A DNA stretch of 64,000 nt, taken from assembly GCA_053919585.1 (NCBI GenBank), contig CM132806.1; one strand, given 5' to 3'. This DNA comes from Euprymna scolopes (taxonomy: Eukaryota). The position numbers were made by a program, and so were the translations under genes. This document shows positions 1-14,249 of the stretch, piece by piece. The notes under the pieces are model-generated. The model was not told the DNA's origin and made no database searches. It saw only the letters and a program-made list of their open reading frames with translations. The stretch's first letter is position 1. Each line of letters starts with the position of its first letter.

Positions 1-1382
1 TAGTAATTGTTTTTTTTAATAAAACTAACATATTATTTTAACGTTTGAAAACTAAATTCAAGAATACTGGATACTTTACCTGTTTTCTATATACTATCAT
101 GTGGAAGTTCATGATCGAACTAAAATATGGGCAATTTTAAATAAAAAAGGATAAAAACCAAAAGGGTAACAGTATAGAAAAGGAGGAATTTATACGTCTG
201 ATTGCTTTCCATGTGGAAAAACGCTGGGAACTCATATTGCGACTGCGCTATGAATAATCAAAACGTAAAGGAAAATAAAATGAAAAAATGAATATATAAA
301 TCATAGACGAACAATAAATCCATGACAATGTGCCAACAAACAGCTAACCTCAATCGCCAACCTCCATTTGATGCTAAAGATAAAATCCCAGAAGGTCACT
401 AGAAGAACGGAAAACGGAACAACGAAAATGTAAAAGACGTGGGTTGGCGCAGAGAAAGATGTTCAGAAAATAACAGATGAGAGACAGGTTTTAACAAAAA
501 GTGAACGTCTGCTACACTTTTCGCATTCTAGTATTACTACGTCCGTATGTGTCTAGGTTATTTCTAAAAAAAAATTTATGTGGACGAAGTCGACGAGCAA
601 GTAATACGTAATGTTAAATATTAACCCGTTTATTCTTCAAATGTTATAATCATATCAGAATNNNNNNNNNNNNNNNNNNNNNNNNNNNNNNNNNNNNNNN
701 NNNNNNNNNNNNNNNNNNNNNNNNNNNNNNNNNNNNNNNNNNNNNNNNNNNNNNNNNNNNNNNNNNNNNNNNNNNNNNNNNNNNNNNNNNNNNNNNNNNN
801 NNNNNNNNNNNNNNNACAAAATGTCATTATTGCAATCATGACAGAAAGACACATTTTGATATAAATGATTAAAAATGAAAAATGAAAAAAAATGACTGGG
901 GGAGCTGACCGTTTTTGCTCTACCTTTTAAGAAGATGGATCGACGGATTTCTTTTTTTATTATAAAAATCGTGAGGAATTTGAGACAATAAGGAATACAC
1001 TCTTAGAGAAGAAAGCTTTCTTACATCTATAAACCTCTCCAGTGTAGGGGCATGTTGCTGATTGTCTGTTTGACGGGGGTATTAATTCGGGGGGACTAAA
1101 AGGGTTTTAAATAAAATTGCAAACTATATATTTCAAATAAAATTGGAGAGGATAGCGATATTGTGTATTAGAAAAAAACGGTATACACTATATATCCGAA
1201 GAAACGATAGTATGATATCACCTAGAGACCGATCACAGTCAAATTAAGGGAATTCTCTCTGCTTGCAGGGTAGGATTCTTCAAGCGAACGTGAATAAACT
1301 CCAAGATCGTCAGGTGATTTGTCGAATTAGTCGAATGAGCATGATTCAGAATAGTGAATGAATCAGTGCTAAAGTTCATGGC

Positions 1383-1466
<84 letters not shown>

Positions 1467-1559
1467 CATTTTCATCCCAAACAAAGCACAGTTTAAGTTC
1501 GATGTAGGCAACTATCAGGGGCATGAGTTGCATGGATACTATGTAGGGATTTGAGAAGC

Positions 1560-4420
1560 AAGATGTATGTTCACATTACACTTGAACTTCTGCATGACAG
1601 TAAGATTGGGGAAGCTGGAACTCGGAAGAAAATGCTAGAGTCTAGCAGTTCTATTAGAGGAGAAAATTTCTTACATCTATACACCTCTCCAGTGTAGGGG
1701 GATATTGCTGCTTGTCTGGGGTATTTATGTCGGGGGGTACAAAGGCTAGTAGTTAGTCGGAGCACCCACTAGTAAACTACTTGTAAAATAGGCGGAGGAA
1801 TGCAACATTTCGTCGGTAGAACAAAGGTTGAATCCTAGATGACAGTTTAGTACCTATCAGGTCGGCGACTCTCTTTTAGCCTCTATCAAGTAGTTAAGAC
1901 AAGTAGCAAATGAACCAGTCCAAATGTGTCAACAATACTTCAGAGATTGGCGAATGGTTGCCTTATAGAAGTACAGGATACTTTCAGGCATAAGCAATTT
2001 TCTAGTCCGGTAAATAGGCCCCCTAATTCATAGCAGCCTTGGAAATGCTCTCGATGTATATGTTCCAAGTCATGTACCTTGTGAACGTTAATCCGATGAG
2101 TTTGAACGAAGTACTTTCAGGTAATGTATATTTAGATATAGCTATTGGTTATTGAGAAGGATTCTTGTAATTATTGATGAAAACAAGCTTAGTCTTAGCA
2201 GTATTGAGTGTGACCATCCATTTTTACCTCATCCAATTACTGATTGCAGGGTTTCCTGTATTGTTTCTGTCATTGCTTTAGATATGTGAACATTCGTTCT
2301 CCCCTCGTACCTATTATAAAGCGTGGTGTCATCAGCAAATACACGCATCTCAGAGACAATTTTATAAGGGAGCTAATTTATGAACATAAGGAATGATAAA
2401 TGTCAAAGGATCGACCTCTGAGGTACATCCGCATTGATATCATATTGTTGGATGTACGACCGTCGTAGACAATCTGGATTCCTCTCTTTTTTAAGAATTT
2501 AAATATATTAAGTATTCCTCCAGTTATACAGTATGATCTGATTTTCCTGAAAAGACCATTGTGCCATAATCTGTCACATGCCTTAGACATATCAAGGGCT
2601 ACTGCTCTACTCCCGTCTGCTTTGTCCAGTGTAGGGTATATACATTACGAGATTAGTTAGGATATCTGATGTAGAGCGGGTTTGCCTTGATCCATATTGT
2701 TGGTCGGTCAGAAGTTTAGCGACTGTGCTGGATTTAACTTGAATTATTATGGACTAATATATTTTTTCCAAAAGAGGAAGGAAGCTAGAGGATCGATAAT
2801 TTAATGGATCATTTCTTTAGCCAGAATTCTTGTAAACTGTAAGCACAGAAGCAGTTTACCAGCCGTTAGGAAAACAAGATTCGTTAAGGCCTTAGTAGTA
2901 AAGTTTGGAGAGGACTGGATCAACCTCAGTGGAGCATTTTTTTAATAGCACAGCCGGGATAAGATCGGATCCACACGCTTTCGTGGTGTCTAGGTTTTTT
3001 ATGATATCATATACTTCTGAGGGAGTGATTTACGGATCATCTAGTGTGTTGTCTATCCACAAAGAATATCAGGGGGAGAGTAGTTTGCTAGGTCCAAAGC
3101 AGAGTTTGAAGAAAACTGACTAGCAATCATGGGAGTTTCCTTATTTCTGCGCTCTAGTGGGTGTTCAGGTGATTTCGGTTTATTCTGTTTAAGCGATGAA
3201 AACAAGCTTAGTCTTAGCAGTATCGCGTGTGACCATCCATTTTACCTCATCCAATTACTGATTGCAGGGTTTCCTGTAGTGTTTCTGTCATTCCCTTACA
3301 TATGTGAACATTCGTTCTTCCCTTGTACTTATTATAAAGCGTGGTGTCATCAGCAAATTTTGTGTCTTACAGTAAGTTCTAGCTTTTTTCTTACAATGGG
3401 TGTTCAGGTGGTTTCAGTTTATTCTGTTTAAGCGATCGCTTTTTTCTTACAGTAACTTCTAGCTTCAATATTTTTTTTATTTGTACTCGACATATGTCGC
3501 ACAAATCTGTTATCTGCTGCTGCCTGTTACAATGGCAACTGCACAAGTAGAAGTAAACTATTGGGGAGGGGGGTTTTCTATATAATGTCTGCATAGGAAC
3601 ATGCGCTTCATTTGCCCCATTGAAACATTTAGTCCTTCATTTGCGCACTGTTCTGCAAGAAGAGAAAAGATATTTCCCTTTGGGCATCTTGGATGACATC
3701 CCTAATGGCTTCGAAGTCAGCCTTCTCATAATACTTTTTTTGCTTTTAGTAATGGCTCTTCAGCTTTTGGTCGAGAATTTAGAGCGATTTTACCATGATT
3801 ATAGCATTATCAACATTCCCAATTGGCTATGAACATTCGTCACAAATTGATCGGGAACTGTGGTCATAGACGTAGTAGTGAGTATTTATGGTCTTACCGG
3901 TCTGTGAAACGTGACGCAAATGTAACTGTCTCTTATAAGGAATGTGATATAGAACAACTATGTGTTATTCTACCAGCTCCGTCTTTGTAAGTAGAGAAGT
4001 CAAGCCAATCACTATGGTTGACATTAAACTCACCATATACATGCACTTTCCCGCTAGTATCAAGGAAAAGACTTAGTTGATTAGACTAAAGTTTTGGGTG
4101 GGGGAAGAGCTGTAGAGAAAATATAAGTAGCTAACGCTATGTTGCAGGTTAAGTCTGAATCACATAAAGGTCTGGTCGTATATGCTTGTTTTTATTCTCT
4201 GATCAAGGGGAGGATGTTTCTAATATATACATCAAGTCCAGGCATATATTGTTTGAGTCGTTACGGAAAAATCAAAGATAACTAGGAATGTTAAAGTAAT
4301 TAGTTTAACTTAGCACCAGGTTATCCGGGGTGTTTTCCTATAAAAATGATTCAACATAATCTAAATTATTTGTAAGCCTGCAGATACTCATGATTACAAG
4401 TCTCAAGGAAGCGGCCATTT
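1560..4420 (-). mobile_element. Degraded, rearranged CR1/L2-type LINE (AP endonuclease to RT C-terminus)
   Basis: Endonuclease-like GLDVYIRNILP near 4200-4250. RT motifs ALDMSKACDRLWHNGL (~2600-2555) and FADDTT (~2340-2322). Many stops, and an RT segment is duplicated at 3195-3358. Confidence 0.75.
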
Positions 4421-5488
4421 TTTTTTGTTTAATTTTACGCCTGCTTTGATTAAGCTGCCATTTAATTTTATTTAAAAGTTTCAGATTAAGGTTAAGAGGT
4501 GCTGGACAACGTCCTTGTGCAGAATACGAAAAATTCAACACAAGTAGATACACANNNNNNNNNNNNNNNNNNNNNNNNNNNNNNNNNNNNNNNNNNNNNN
4601 NNNNNNNNNNNNNNNNNNNNNNNNNNNNNNNNNNNNNNNNNNNNNNNNNNNNNNNNNNNNNNNNNNNNNNNNNNNNNNNNNNGGACGTACTACAAAATGA
4701 ATAAAATTAAAACCAAATATTGTTCAACAACGTTTTTCTTCTTTATTTCAAGACGACCCGATGCAAACAAAACACGTTAAAAACGGGTGCACATACGCGT
4801 TGAATATTTACCTCTGAGATTAACCTAACATTGTCTAAGTGCTTAAGTGACAAAAAATCAAGGAACTGTTTAATAATTGCAATGATACAAATGTTGATTA
4901 TTGTTCAAAAAAGAGAAACAATTCAGAGCTAAACCTCGCTAACAACTTTATGTAGATGTAGCAAAGATAACTGAAAACAAATATGTAATTAATAAGCATG
5001 CGATGAATCCCCATTGTTAGATCGACTTTATAGTCGGTATGTTAAATAGCCACATTTCTGCCGCTACTACACTAACGGCCACAACCAGGGTAACTACAAT
5101 CAGATCAATAACAACGCAGATGATAACAACAAAAACACTACTAATAATAAGAAAAATAACGAAACAATAAAATAATAATAATAATGAAATCATAATTGCT
5201 ACATCGATTGACACCAGAATATCTTTTTATCAAGCAGTTAGACGACAGTAAAGACATTAAAAATTAATAAACACTAAATACTATGCTTTTATATTAGCAT
5301 ATATGAGAATTAAAATACGAACCGTACTACGATATATACTTTGTAATTGCTAAGTAAACATAAAAAAAACTTGAAGTAACTGAAAATGTACATAAAAATT
5401 AATCGAACAGTATATATTTCCATACAGATACATAAAATTAACGAGAAAAATACTGATACTGAATAATAATTATAAACATGGAGCAGCA

Positions 5489-5489
<1 letters not shown>

Positions 5490-5544
<55 letters not shown>

Positions 5545-5547
5545 CAT

Positions 5548-5578
<31 letters not shown>
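5490..5578. repeat. (TTA)n followed by (TAA)n: inverted microsatellite
   Basis: Repeat orientation flips at ~5550. Confidence 0.9.
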
Positions 5579-5581
<3 letters not shown>

Positions 5582-5638
5582 CTGATTTCGTTTCTGTGTA
5601 AAGAATACCGCTGATAATAATAACAACAACAATAATAA

Positions 5639-7057
5639 TTCTGATTTCGTTTATCAACGTCTCTCTGGAAAGGGATGGGATTCATTTCCAGAGAATTTCC
5701 TTTACTCCCGGCTTCCAACCAGGAGCTTCAAAGATCAAGGGTTTTCCTAAGGATGTTGGTGGCACTTATAATTGAAGGACACCTAACACATCGGGGATTT
5801 GTAGTTTTTTTTCAATTGTGCTTCCAGACGACTTGATACTACTCCTAGTGTACCAACTACGACCGGGATTATTTGTGTTTTACCCCCGTGTATACGCCTT
5901 ATCTCCAAGGCCAATGGAGCATAATTGCTCCACTTCTCATTCTCCTTCTCTCTCACATTCGTATCCCAGGGTACTGAGAAGTTTACAATCTGCTAGTTTT
6001 TTTTTAAACCTTGTAAATGACGTCCAAATCCGGACGATTATGTTCCAATTGCTTGGTCGTTATGAAACTTTTGTCCCACCATGCATCTACCTTGCCAGCC
6101 TCACTTGTTCTCATTTCATCAGGCACCTCCTCAAACCATTTTCCAGCACACTTCACCCCAACCCTCTTACACACCTCTGAATATATCCGGAGTCGCATGC
6201 TATCGTTTCTTTTGCGGTACTCTCTTAGCCAATCCTCTACACCCTGCTGCAAGGTGCGCAATTGACTCTGAATTCTTACCACAAATCCGGCATTCTCCAG
6301 CAATTTCCTCTCCTAGAACCACTTTTTTGAGCAATCGTGTTCCTAATGCCTGCTCTTGTGATGCGCAAACAAAAGCTTCAGTACTCTTAGCCAGATAGCC
6401 AGCACTAAGCCATTGCCATGATATTTCATCAGCCACTTCTGCTATATCCTGGAAGAACCTTCCATGCATTCTCTTCCTAGCCAGTTCCTCTGCCCTTTCT
6501 CTATCCATACGTTTCACATAATCAGTCTTAGTCTCACATAATTCCACTTCATTGGCCACAACCTTAAGCATCCACTCCCCACTTCTAACCACATGCCCTT
6601 TCAACGACATCTTCTCGGTTCTAACACAATCTTTTACACTTTTCAATCCTCTCCCATCATCTTTCCTCTTTTGACACAGCCTTGCTACACTACTTCGAAT
6701 GTGAAATATACTAAACATTGCTAAAACGTTTCTTGTTTTGATATCCACGGCATGCAAATCCTTGTCAGACCATTCTAAAATTACCGCACTGTATCTCAAA
6801 ACGCTGACTGCCCATGCATTTACTGCTTTCATTAGGTTTCCTCCATACAGTTTCGACTTTGCAATTAGGTTCACCCTTCTAAGATACTCCTTCCTGACTT
6901 TTTCCTTCATTTCTTTGTTCATGATGCTTACACCCTCAAACACTCTCAAATACTCATACACCGTATTTTCTATTTCTCTCATGATTTCTCCATTTGGCAG
7001 CACTATTCCATTCGAATGAACCTTTACTCTTCTTTTCATCACGAGCACAACACATTT
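5639..7057 (-). mobile_element. 5'-truncated R4/Dong-clade non-LTR retrotransposon (RT C-terminus, CCHC, restriction-like endonuclease)
   Basis: KCVVLVMKR...GIVLPNGE...YEYL...AVNAWAVSVLRYSA; CRICGKNSESIAHLAAGC; WWDK...HNRPDL endonuclease motif; stop at 5728-5730; short 3' UTR; (TAA)n-type repeats on both flanks. Confidence 0.88.
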
Positions 7058-7082
7058 ACTACTACTACTACTACTAATAATG

Positions 7083-7119
<37 letters not shown>

Positions 7120-8841
7120 TTTGAATGTGCAATATAGGTTTCATTCATTTACAGCAGCTAAGTAGCGATACAGAATCCTGTTTTAGTCATGTATGTATGA
7201 TGAACACATGTGATAACTGGACAAATTAAGCTCATTGCATCATAGATTAAAACAATAGTAAATTATGTATTCGCACTTATACGATTCACGTACATGGTTT
7301 CTCCACAAAATCAGGATAAAACCATGGAATATGATTTAGATTTATTAATACCATCTATAAATTCCATGAAATTTATTATTTGAATGTCACATCATTTCAA
7401 ACATTTTGTCCTGTTTGAGATTATAATCACGTATTGCTACATATGAAAGTTAAACATATATTAAACAATGGCAAGCAAGAAAAACAATTTAAAATTAAAA
7501 TCTGTAGAATCTATTCACTGTATCATAATCAAAAAGAAGACCCGAAAAAATCTTAATTAAGTCAGCATTAATATAATTTATTAGACACATTCATCTCAGT
7601 GATATATTTTTATTTTGTAAATAAACGTGTTTTACTACTAATAAGGGAAAATATAATTTGTCATATGTTCACAAATCATTAAAATCATATACGTGAGTTA
7701 AATATTCGGGAAAACAATTATACAAAACAACACAAAAACTGGATTAAAAATGAGTAACACAATAGAATTATCTAAACTATGACAACGCCCGAAATGTTAA
7801 ATAAAAAGCTAAAATGCGGAAACCAAAAATCATAAGGTTAAGAACTGCCGTGAATTTAAAATAAAAATATGAAAAAAATATATAAAAAGTATATAATACA
7901 AGTCTAGTAGGACTAAAGCTCCAATATTCAAAATTGACACTTCATTGTTTATCTATGTTTAAAGGGGATGATGGAATAGTTTGGAGGGTTATTGCAACTA
8001 AAATATGTGGCTAGTCATAAATAAAAGTGTAATTACCGTTTTTAATCCAAACCTATTTGAAAATATTACTGAACGAGGTTTTCACGCCCTCAAACATGCA
8101 GAATATGTTACTCAGATTCAAGATTACGTTTTGCTTGTAAGGAGCACTCACTTAGAAATAATTATAAGAAAATTACTATTGGGAAAATAAAACATTAATA
8201 ACAAATAATACAGCGACCTATGATACTGGAAACAGAAAGGAAACCAAATAATAAGTTAATTCGGAAGATGAACTGACAATAATTCAAATACGGTGTTGCA
8301 TTTGAAAACGCTTAAATAAATACGATTCAAAAATCTGTATTTTAGTCATGTGTTTATTCATAGCTCACCGGTGACAAAAGACATTGCACGTTTGCTGAAA
8401 GCATCAGCAACACACGTGTGTGAAAGATATTGTGTCTTCATATTTGTAGCCAATATATGAATCTGGATGTAATTGTTAAAAATATAACAATTTAATGCAC
8501 ACAATGTGTTCGTCAGCCGGCGATCTACCCGGGAAAATTAAAAAATTTAGTCGGAAACAATTTGATTAATAACTGTGATGCCATCGGTCACAGTATTACG
8601 TCTCTTGGCTCTAATATTATTAATTGTAAATTTTTAGCTATGTGTTTTCCTATAACAACTAATATTTGCTACTCAATAAGTTTGATGTTTACTCCGACAT
8701 CTTATTGATCTGTACTGACATTTTCGTTGGGGCGGAAACCATCGTACATCTAACTTGCTGCTGATAATAAATTTTGAATCAGAAATGTTATAATTCTGTT
8801 TAATTATTAAGCGTAACACACATACAGAAACAAATGTACAC

Positions 8842-8887
<46 letters not shown>

Positions 8888-9063
8888 CTGGAACACATCC
8901 TTTTTCTCAACTTGTTTTGTCTCATGCTGCAAATACAAGCAATTTGTCGTCGGTATTAATTTTCTCTCGATAATCCACAGAATATTTATCACCACATAAG
9001 AATTGTTGCAAAGTTATGCCTTCTATTATTTTAGTACAAAAATTTGTATATCTACAAAGACCA

Positions 9064-9192
9064 AAGGAAGGAACCCATCACCTAACTGCGCTGACATCAA
9101 CTTCATTGACTTCATTAACGTTCAATAGGCGCCGATGAATATTGGTCCGATCAATAGTTTCTGCATGGAGGAAATCAATGACTTTTTTCTCC
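9064..9192 (-). mobile_element. Mariner transposase N-terminal (HTH) fragment
   Basis: Translates to KVIDFLHAETIDRTNIHRRLLNV...VDVSAVR*WVPSF, matching the mariner pattern VIxFLxAE...IHRRL...SxVRRW. Confidence 0.65.
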
Positions 9193-9779
9193 TTCTGATT
9201 CACGTTGATGAATGAGGTTACTTTCCTAGACTGCTATATTCCGAAATATTTTTCTGTGGACTTGAAGACAAATTTATGATCTGAAAATCATCCTTTACTT
9301 TGGTCCGTAATACCATAAAAATAGACACCTCCAAAGATATACAAATTAGGAAATGCTAATTGCTTTCGGATTTTAGAAACTCTACAACAAATGCCTTGCT
9401 GAATCTTGCTTCCTTAATAATTGGAAAATTACATCTGTGGTAGCACTGTACCAGAATTTTAATAAAAAGACACACCCTTTTTATTTATAGCCGTATCAGT
9501 CTCATCCCCCGCTTTGCTAAAATTTTCGAGGCGTCAATCCTCCCAGCAACACACACACACACACACACATACACACACATACACACACATACACCCACAC
9601 ACACACACATGATACGTTTTTTTCAGGTTACGATGTGGAGTGTGATTCTTTTCCAGCCACTGGTTACGGTATTTTGCCCGTTTTCCGGTGTTATTAATCA
9701 TTTTATTTGATTATATACATGTGCATTTTATACTGTAGTCTATTTTGTTTCTAATTTTTAATGCTGTATTCCAAGGTTC

Positions 9780-9861
<82 letters not shown>

Positions 9862-12800
9862 GGGGTGCATGTGTGTGGGTCCGTGTATGTAATATTACTT
9901 ATTTCTACCAGAATCTACTTACATAGCACATATCAATAAAAAGGTATATATCAAGCAATTGAATTATTTTATATACTGGTAAATTTCTAGATTATTTTGC
10001 CGAATTATTTTTAAAATTAATAATATCATAAAACATATCGAAATTTCTATAAGCGAATTCAGTAATATTTTAAATTATAAATTTATATACAATTTGGAGT
10101 GGATAAATCATTATTTGTAACAGCATTTAAACTATATTATTTAGTCTTGTGTTAAGTTTGGCTAATATATGATAAGATTGTAGTTAGATGACCGTTAACA
10201 ACTAAATGATATATCGATCAACCGAAGTGTATGACTTAAGTTATCTAAATGATAAGATGGATTAAATATAATGTAAATAAAATAATAATTTTCATTATAG
10301 AGACATTCGATTGCTACTTGAATATTTACTACATACAGTCAAATGAATACCTTTTCCAGACTGATTAATGGATAAGAACAAAAATTACACCGTAAGTCCT
10401 TCCCCCGAAATATTTAAGATATTGTTTGTCTACCATTAAATAGTTAAGTGTAAGCGCAACTATATACGCCATTTTGTCCTTCTTTCCGTCTAAATACAAT
10501 ATTGCCACCGTGAGACGCATGCGCTTGAGTGAATCCTCTGTCAGAAGAGAAGACACCATCTATTTCACTGGTTCCACTCGATGATTTCAAAGAATGGACA
10601 AAAAGTTGTATAACTAATCTCCGTTGTTTTGTCCACAAGAATTTAACAGACTGAAAATGATAGATTATGTCGAAAAGCACATTTTCTAATGTGCTGTGCA
10701 TTATGGCATTCTTCCGAAACGAGACGAATAAGCTAACTGAGATATTTCTTCTTCAAAACACGACACAAAGAACACCCGTATGAGAGAAAATATGTAGTTC
10801 TGTTGTAAAACCGTTTTACTTTGTAATGCTTCACGCATTTTATATGTAGTGATTTAAATTTAAAAAAAAAACGCTAAACTTTTATGAGTCAGCTATAGTG
10901 TAATACGCATAGTGCTTTTGTTATTAGCACGCAAACATTGCACCCTTAATGACAAAAATGGAATAAATCAATGCATATTTTATAAGTTTCAACAGGAAAT
11001 GCTTTTATAATTTTGAAAAAAAAATGATTGAATAAACAAAATCCCCCTTGAATTAAAAAAACAAAGAAAGAAGAACAAAGGTTAAATATTTATTTTAGTT
11101 AAGAATACGCTGTTAAAATGCAAATAAGTCTTGGCAAATTTTGATTTAATTATAAAGTTATATTTGCCGGTAGAAAGCGGATACACTTTGGGGCGGGGTC
11201 TGCTATATTCACTGGATTACGATGGCATTTTTAGCCTTTGCTTTCATGAACAGTGCTGTATTGTTTTCTCTACAATTAAATATAAAATAAAGATAATTAG
11301 CAATATTTTTAATGTGATTTAATATATCTTGTTATTCCCATTAGACTCCTAACCTAGAAAACGATTACAATACAAAATAGCTTAAATCAATAATTACATT
11401 TTTAAATGATGACAAAAATATTAAATTGTACACTTTATATAACTTTGCCGAAATGGTTATCTAATTAATAGCCAAACATTGGCAGCAAAATATAGCTTAA
11501 ATAAAGTAGAATTGTAACTCGATCTGCTTCAAGCTTAATATTGTAAAGAAAACATAGTTTCAAGAAGTCAAGAAATTTAAATTAAATAGTCATAATTGAG
11601 TAAATATTCGTGTAAATAAAAATACGTCGTAAGTTTCCGAAATGTAGGCGAATATATTCCAGTGATTAACAAGTACTACCTTGACAAAAACATAAATAAT
11701 CGTTAAATGTAAAACTAACACGGAAAAACAAACAAACATAAAATTATAGAAATGAACATTAGTGTCTTGCAAAGAAAAAGAGGTAAAAGGGACAAATGAT
11801 GTGAATGAGAAGGGAAAGGGAGTTTATAACTGCGAGAGAGAAGGAGGAGGCGATGGCTTTAAACTATACATTATTTGAGTTTTGTTTATTGTCTTCCCGT
11901 ATTGTCTAATATACATATTTTCTTCACCTAATAATGAAAACGAGATAATATTAATTTGTATGTTTTTTTTTATTTCTTCGGTAAAAGCTATGTAGCCTGA
12001 TCGTTTCTCTTGTCGACTAGAACATATTCATGCAAAAAATGTTATATGTATATATATATATTTTTTAATAAATTAAGTTAAACCAATTACCGCCCTTAGA
12101 CTCGTAAATCAAATAATAAATAAAGCCATGACAATTATCTCCCCTTAAAAACTTGCAAAAAAAAAAAAAAAAAAACAAAAAAAAAAACTCTCTCTCTATA
12201 GATATTAACTGTAGCGTCTCTAAATCAAAATACGCTAACGGAAACAATTTACTGCACGAGCGTCGCCCTTTTAAAATTCATCATTCAATAAAATAAAAAG
12301 CTATAGCAAACATCTAAATGACTACTTTAAATACAGTTCCTGATTTCAAAAAAAGAAAAACCAAAAGGTAATTATATATCTATATATTTTTAAATCAAAT
12401 TTATTATGTAAATTCAAAAATATATATTTTTTTTCTACTCATTTCTATCTCTAACCTATACAAATTTTCTTATTAATTTTCTTATAAATTTTATATCCAA
12501 ACCTTTTACTTCAATTTTTCAGATTCATCTGCCTTACTTTTAATGCTAGGTTTATTTTTGGTGTCTTTTCAATTCAATAGAAATTCTCCTAAATTTGCTG
12601 ATGAGGAGACCGTGCTTACCAAAAAAACTATGTATAATTATTCTACGTGACTTCATGTATACCACAAATAAAAAGCACGGATTTCCGAAACGATCGTACA
12701 GATAATTGACTTTGTTGTTGTTCCTTCTTATGAAACTGATTTTTAATTTAATTAAATTTTGATTGTTAATTTTAAAAAATTTTAAAACTTTTAAATTATA

Positions 12801-12895
12801 AATCACATTACTTAATATATATATATATATACATATATATAATAAACTATATTATTATATTAATTTAGTTAGTCTAACTATATACACGCACACAT

Positions 12896-12927
<32 letters not shown>

Positions 12928-12929
<2 letters not shown>

Positions 12930-13510
12930 TATATGGAAAAATGCGCGCATGAAAAGTAATATTCTTAAGATTTTATTAAACCTGGAAAAGTAAAGAATAC
13001 GAATTTTTTAGACTTAAAATATTGCAGCTAAAAATAAAATTTGAATATTGATAAATATTTTATTTATCATTTGCATATGTTGTTGTTATTGTTGAGTTAG
13101 AAAGGGTGTCAGTCGCTGGATTGAACTTATTTCCCCCCTATTATTTGCAAATATTTATGTAGTGAAAATTGTTTGAATAAAATTAATGCATTAGTTAGTT
13201 AGTTAGTAGATGGAATTAATAATTTTATAATTTACATAAAAATTAATAATTTTATTATATCATAATTAGGATCATTTAATTCTTTCTAACTCAACAATAA
13301 ACAACATATGCAAATAATAAATAAAATATTTATCAATATTCAAATTTTATTTTTAGCTGCAATATTTTAAGTCTAAAAAATTCTTATTTTTTACTTTACT
13401 AGTATATCTTGTTCTTTACTTTTCCAGTTTTAATTTCTTGTCCTTTACTTTTCCAGGTTTAATAAAATCTTAAGAATATTACTTTTCATGCGCGCATTTT
13501 TCCATATAAT
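12928..13510. repeat. Long inverted repeat (foldback or MITE-like): arms 12928-13104 and 13282-13510
   Basis: About 175 bp of near-identical reverse-complement arms with a 177-bp spacer; the right arm has ~50 bp extra. Confidence 0.9.
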
Positions 13511-13619
13511 CCATGATTTTTCCAGGCATTGCTATTGTATTAATATATAAATTTATAATATTTATTAATGATTGTCAACAAAAATTAGCTCTCAAACACA
13601 CATTTATGCAATATTTATC

Positions 13620-14050
13620 ATTCAATCACAGTAGTTCCGAGCCAGGGTCTCTACCGAGACTGCGGTTCATGAATTCGTGATCTGTATAGAGCGTAAACTA
13701 ACAAAAAAGAAGATGGCACTCGGTGTCTTTTTAGATATCGTTGGAGTTTTTGACAACATACCCTTCAGTAGTATGTTCAAGTCGCTACGAGAACTCAATG
13801 TGCCACCAGTACTCATCCGATGGATTGAGTATATGGTGAGGCACAGAACAGTTCAAGTAGAACTACTGAGGGCAACTGTTAAAAGGGAAGTAGTTAAATG
13901 AACTCCCCAAAGTGGGATTTTATCACCTTTACTATGGAACTGTATGCTGAATCCTCTTTTAAAGGAGTTTAAAAATAGGAATATTTATGCCCAGGCTGCT
14001 GCTGATGACATCGCAGTGCTGGTCGCGGGTTCAACAGCATCATTGGTCAG
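13620..14050 (+). mobile_element. Non-LTR RT fragment, R1/LOA-like
   Basis: STETAVHE...ALGVFLDIVGVFDN...IRWI...*TPQSGILSPLLWN...AADDIAVLVAG (degenerate YADD). Confidence 0.8.
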
Positions 14051-14249
14051 ACGCATTGCCAAAATGGGACTACATGGTTCATCAAATGTGATAACGAAAA
14101 ATTTGAGTTCATTCAAAGAATATGTATATCATAGAATTCACTAATATTTTTAATCGATAAATTCACCATTTTTTGCTATAAAATCATAAGGAGAGTTAAA
14201 AAAAATGAGTTATTAAAAAAAAGTTCGGTTTTTTAATTATAAAAAAAAC

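Noticed and set aside
1354-1554. YIYIYI-type and poly-X ORFs throughout the track
   Set aside because: Translations of (TA)n microsatellites and N gaps.
10365-10740. Possible transposase or host exon (DRGFT, YFGG motifs)
   Set aside because: Motifs are in different frames and too short to assign.
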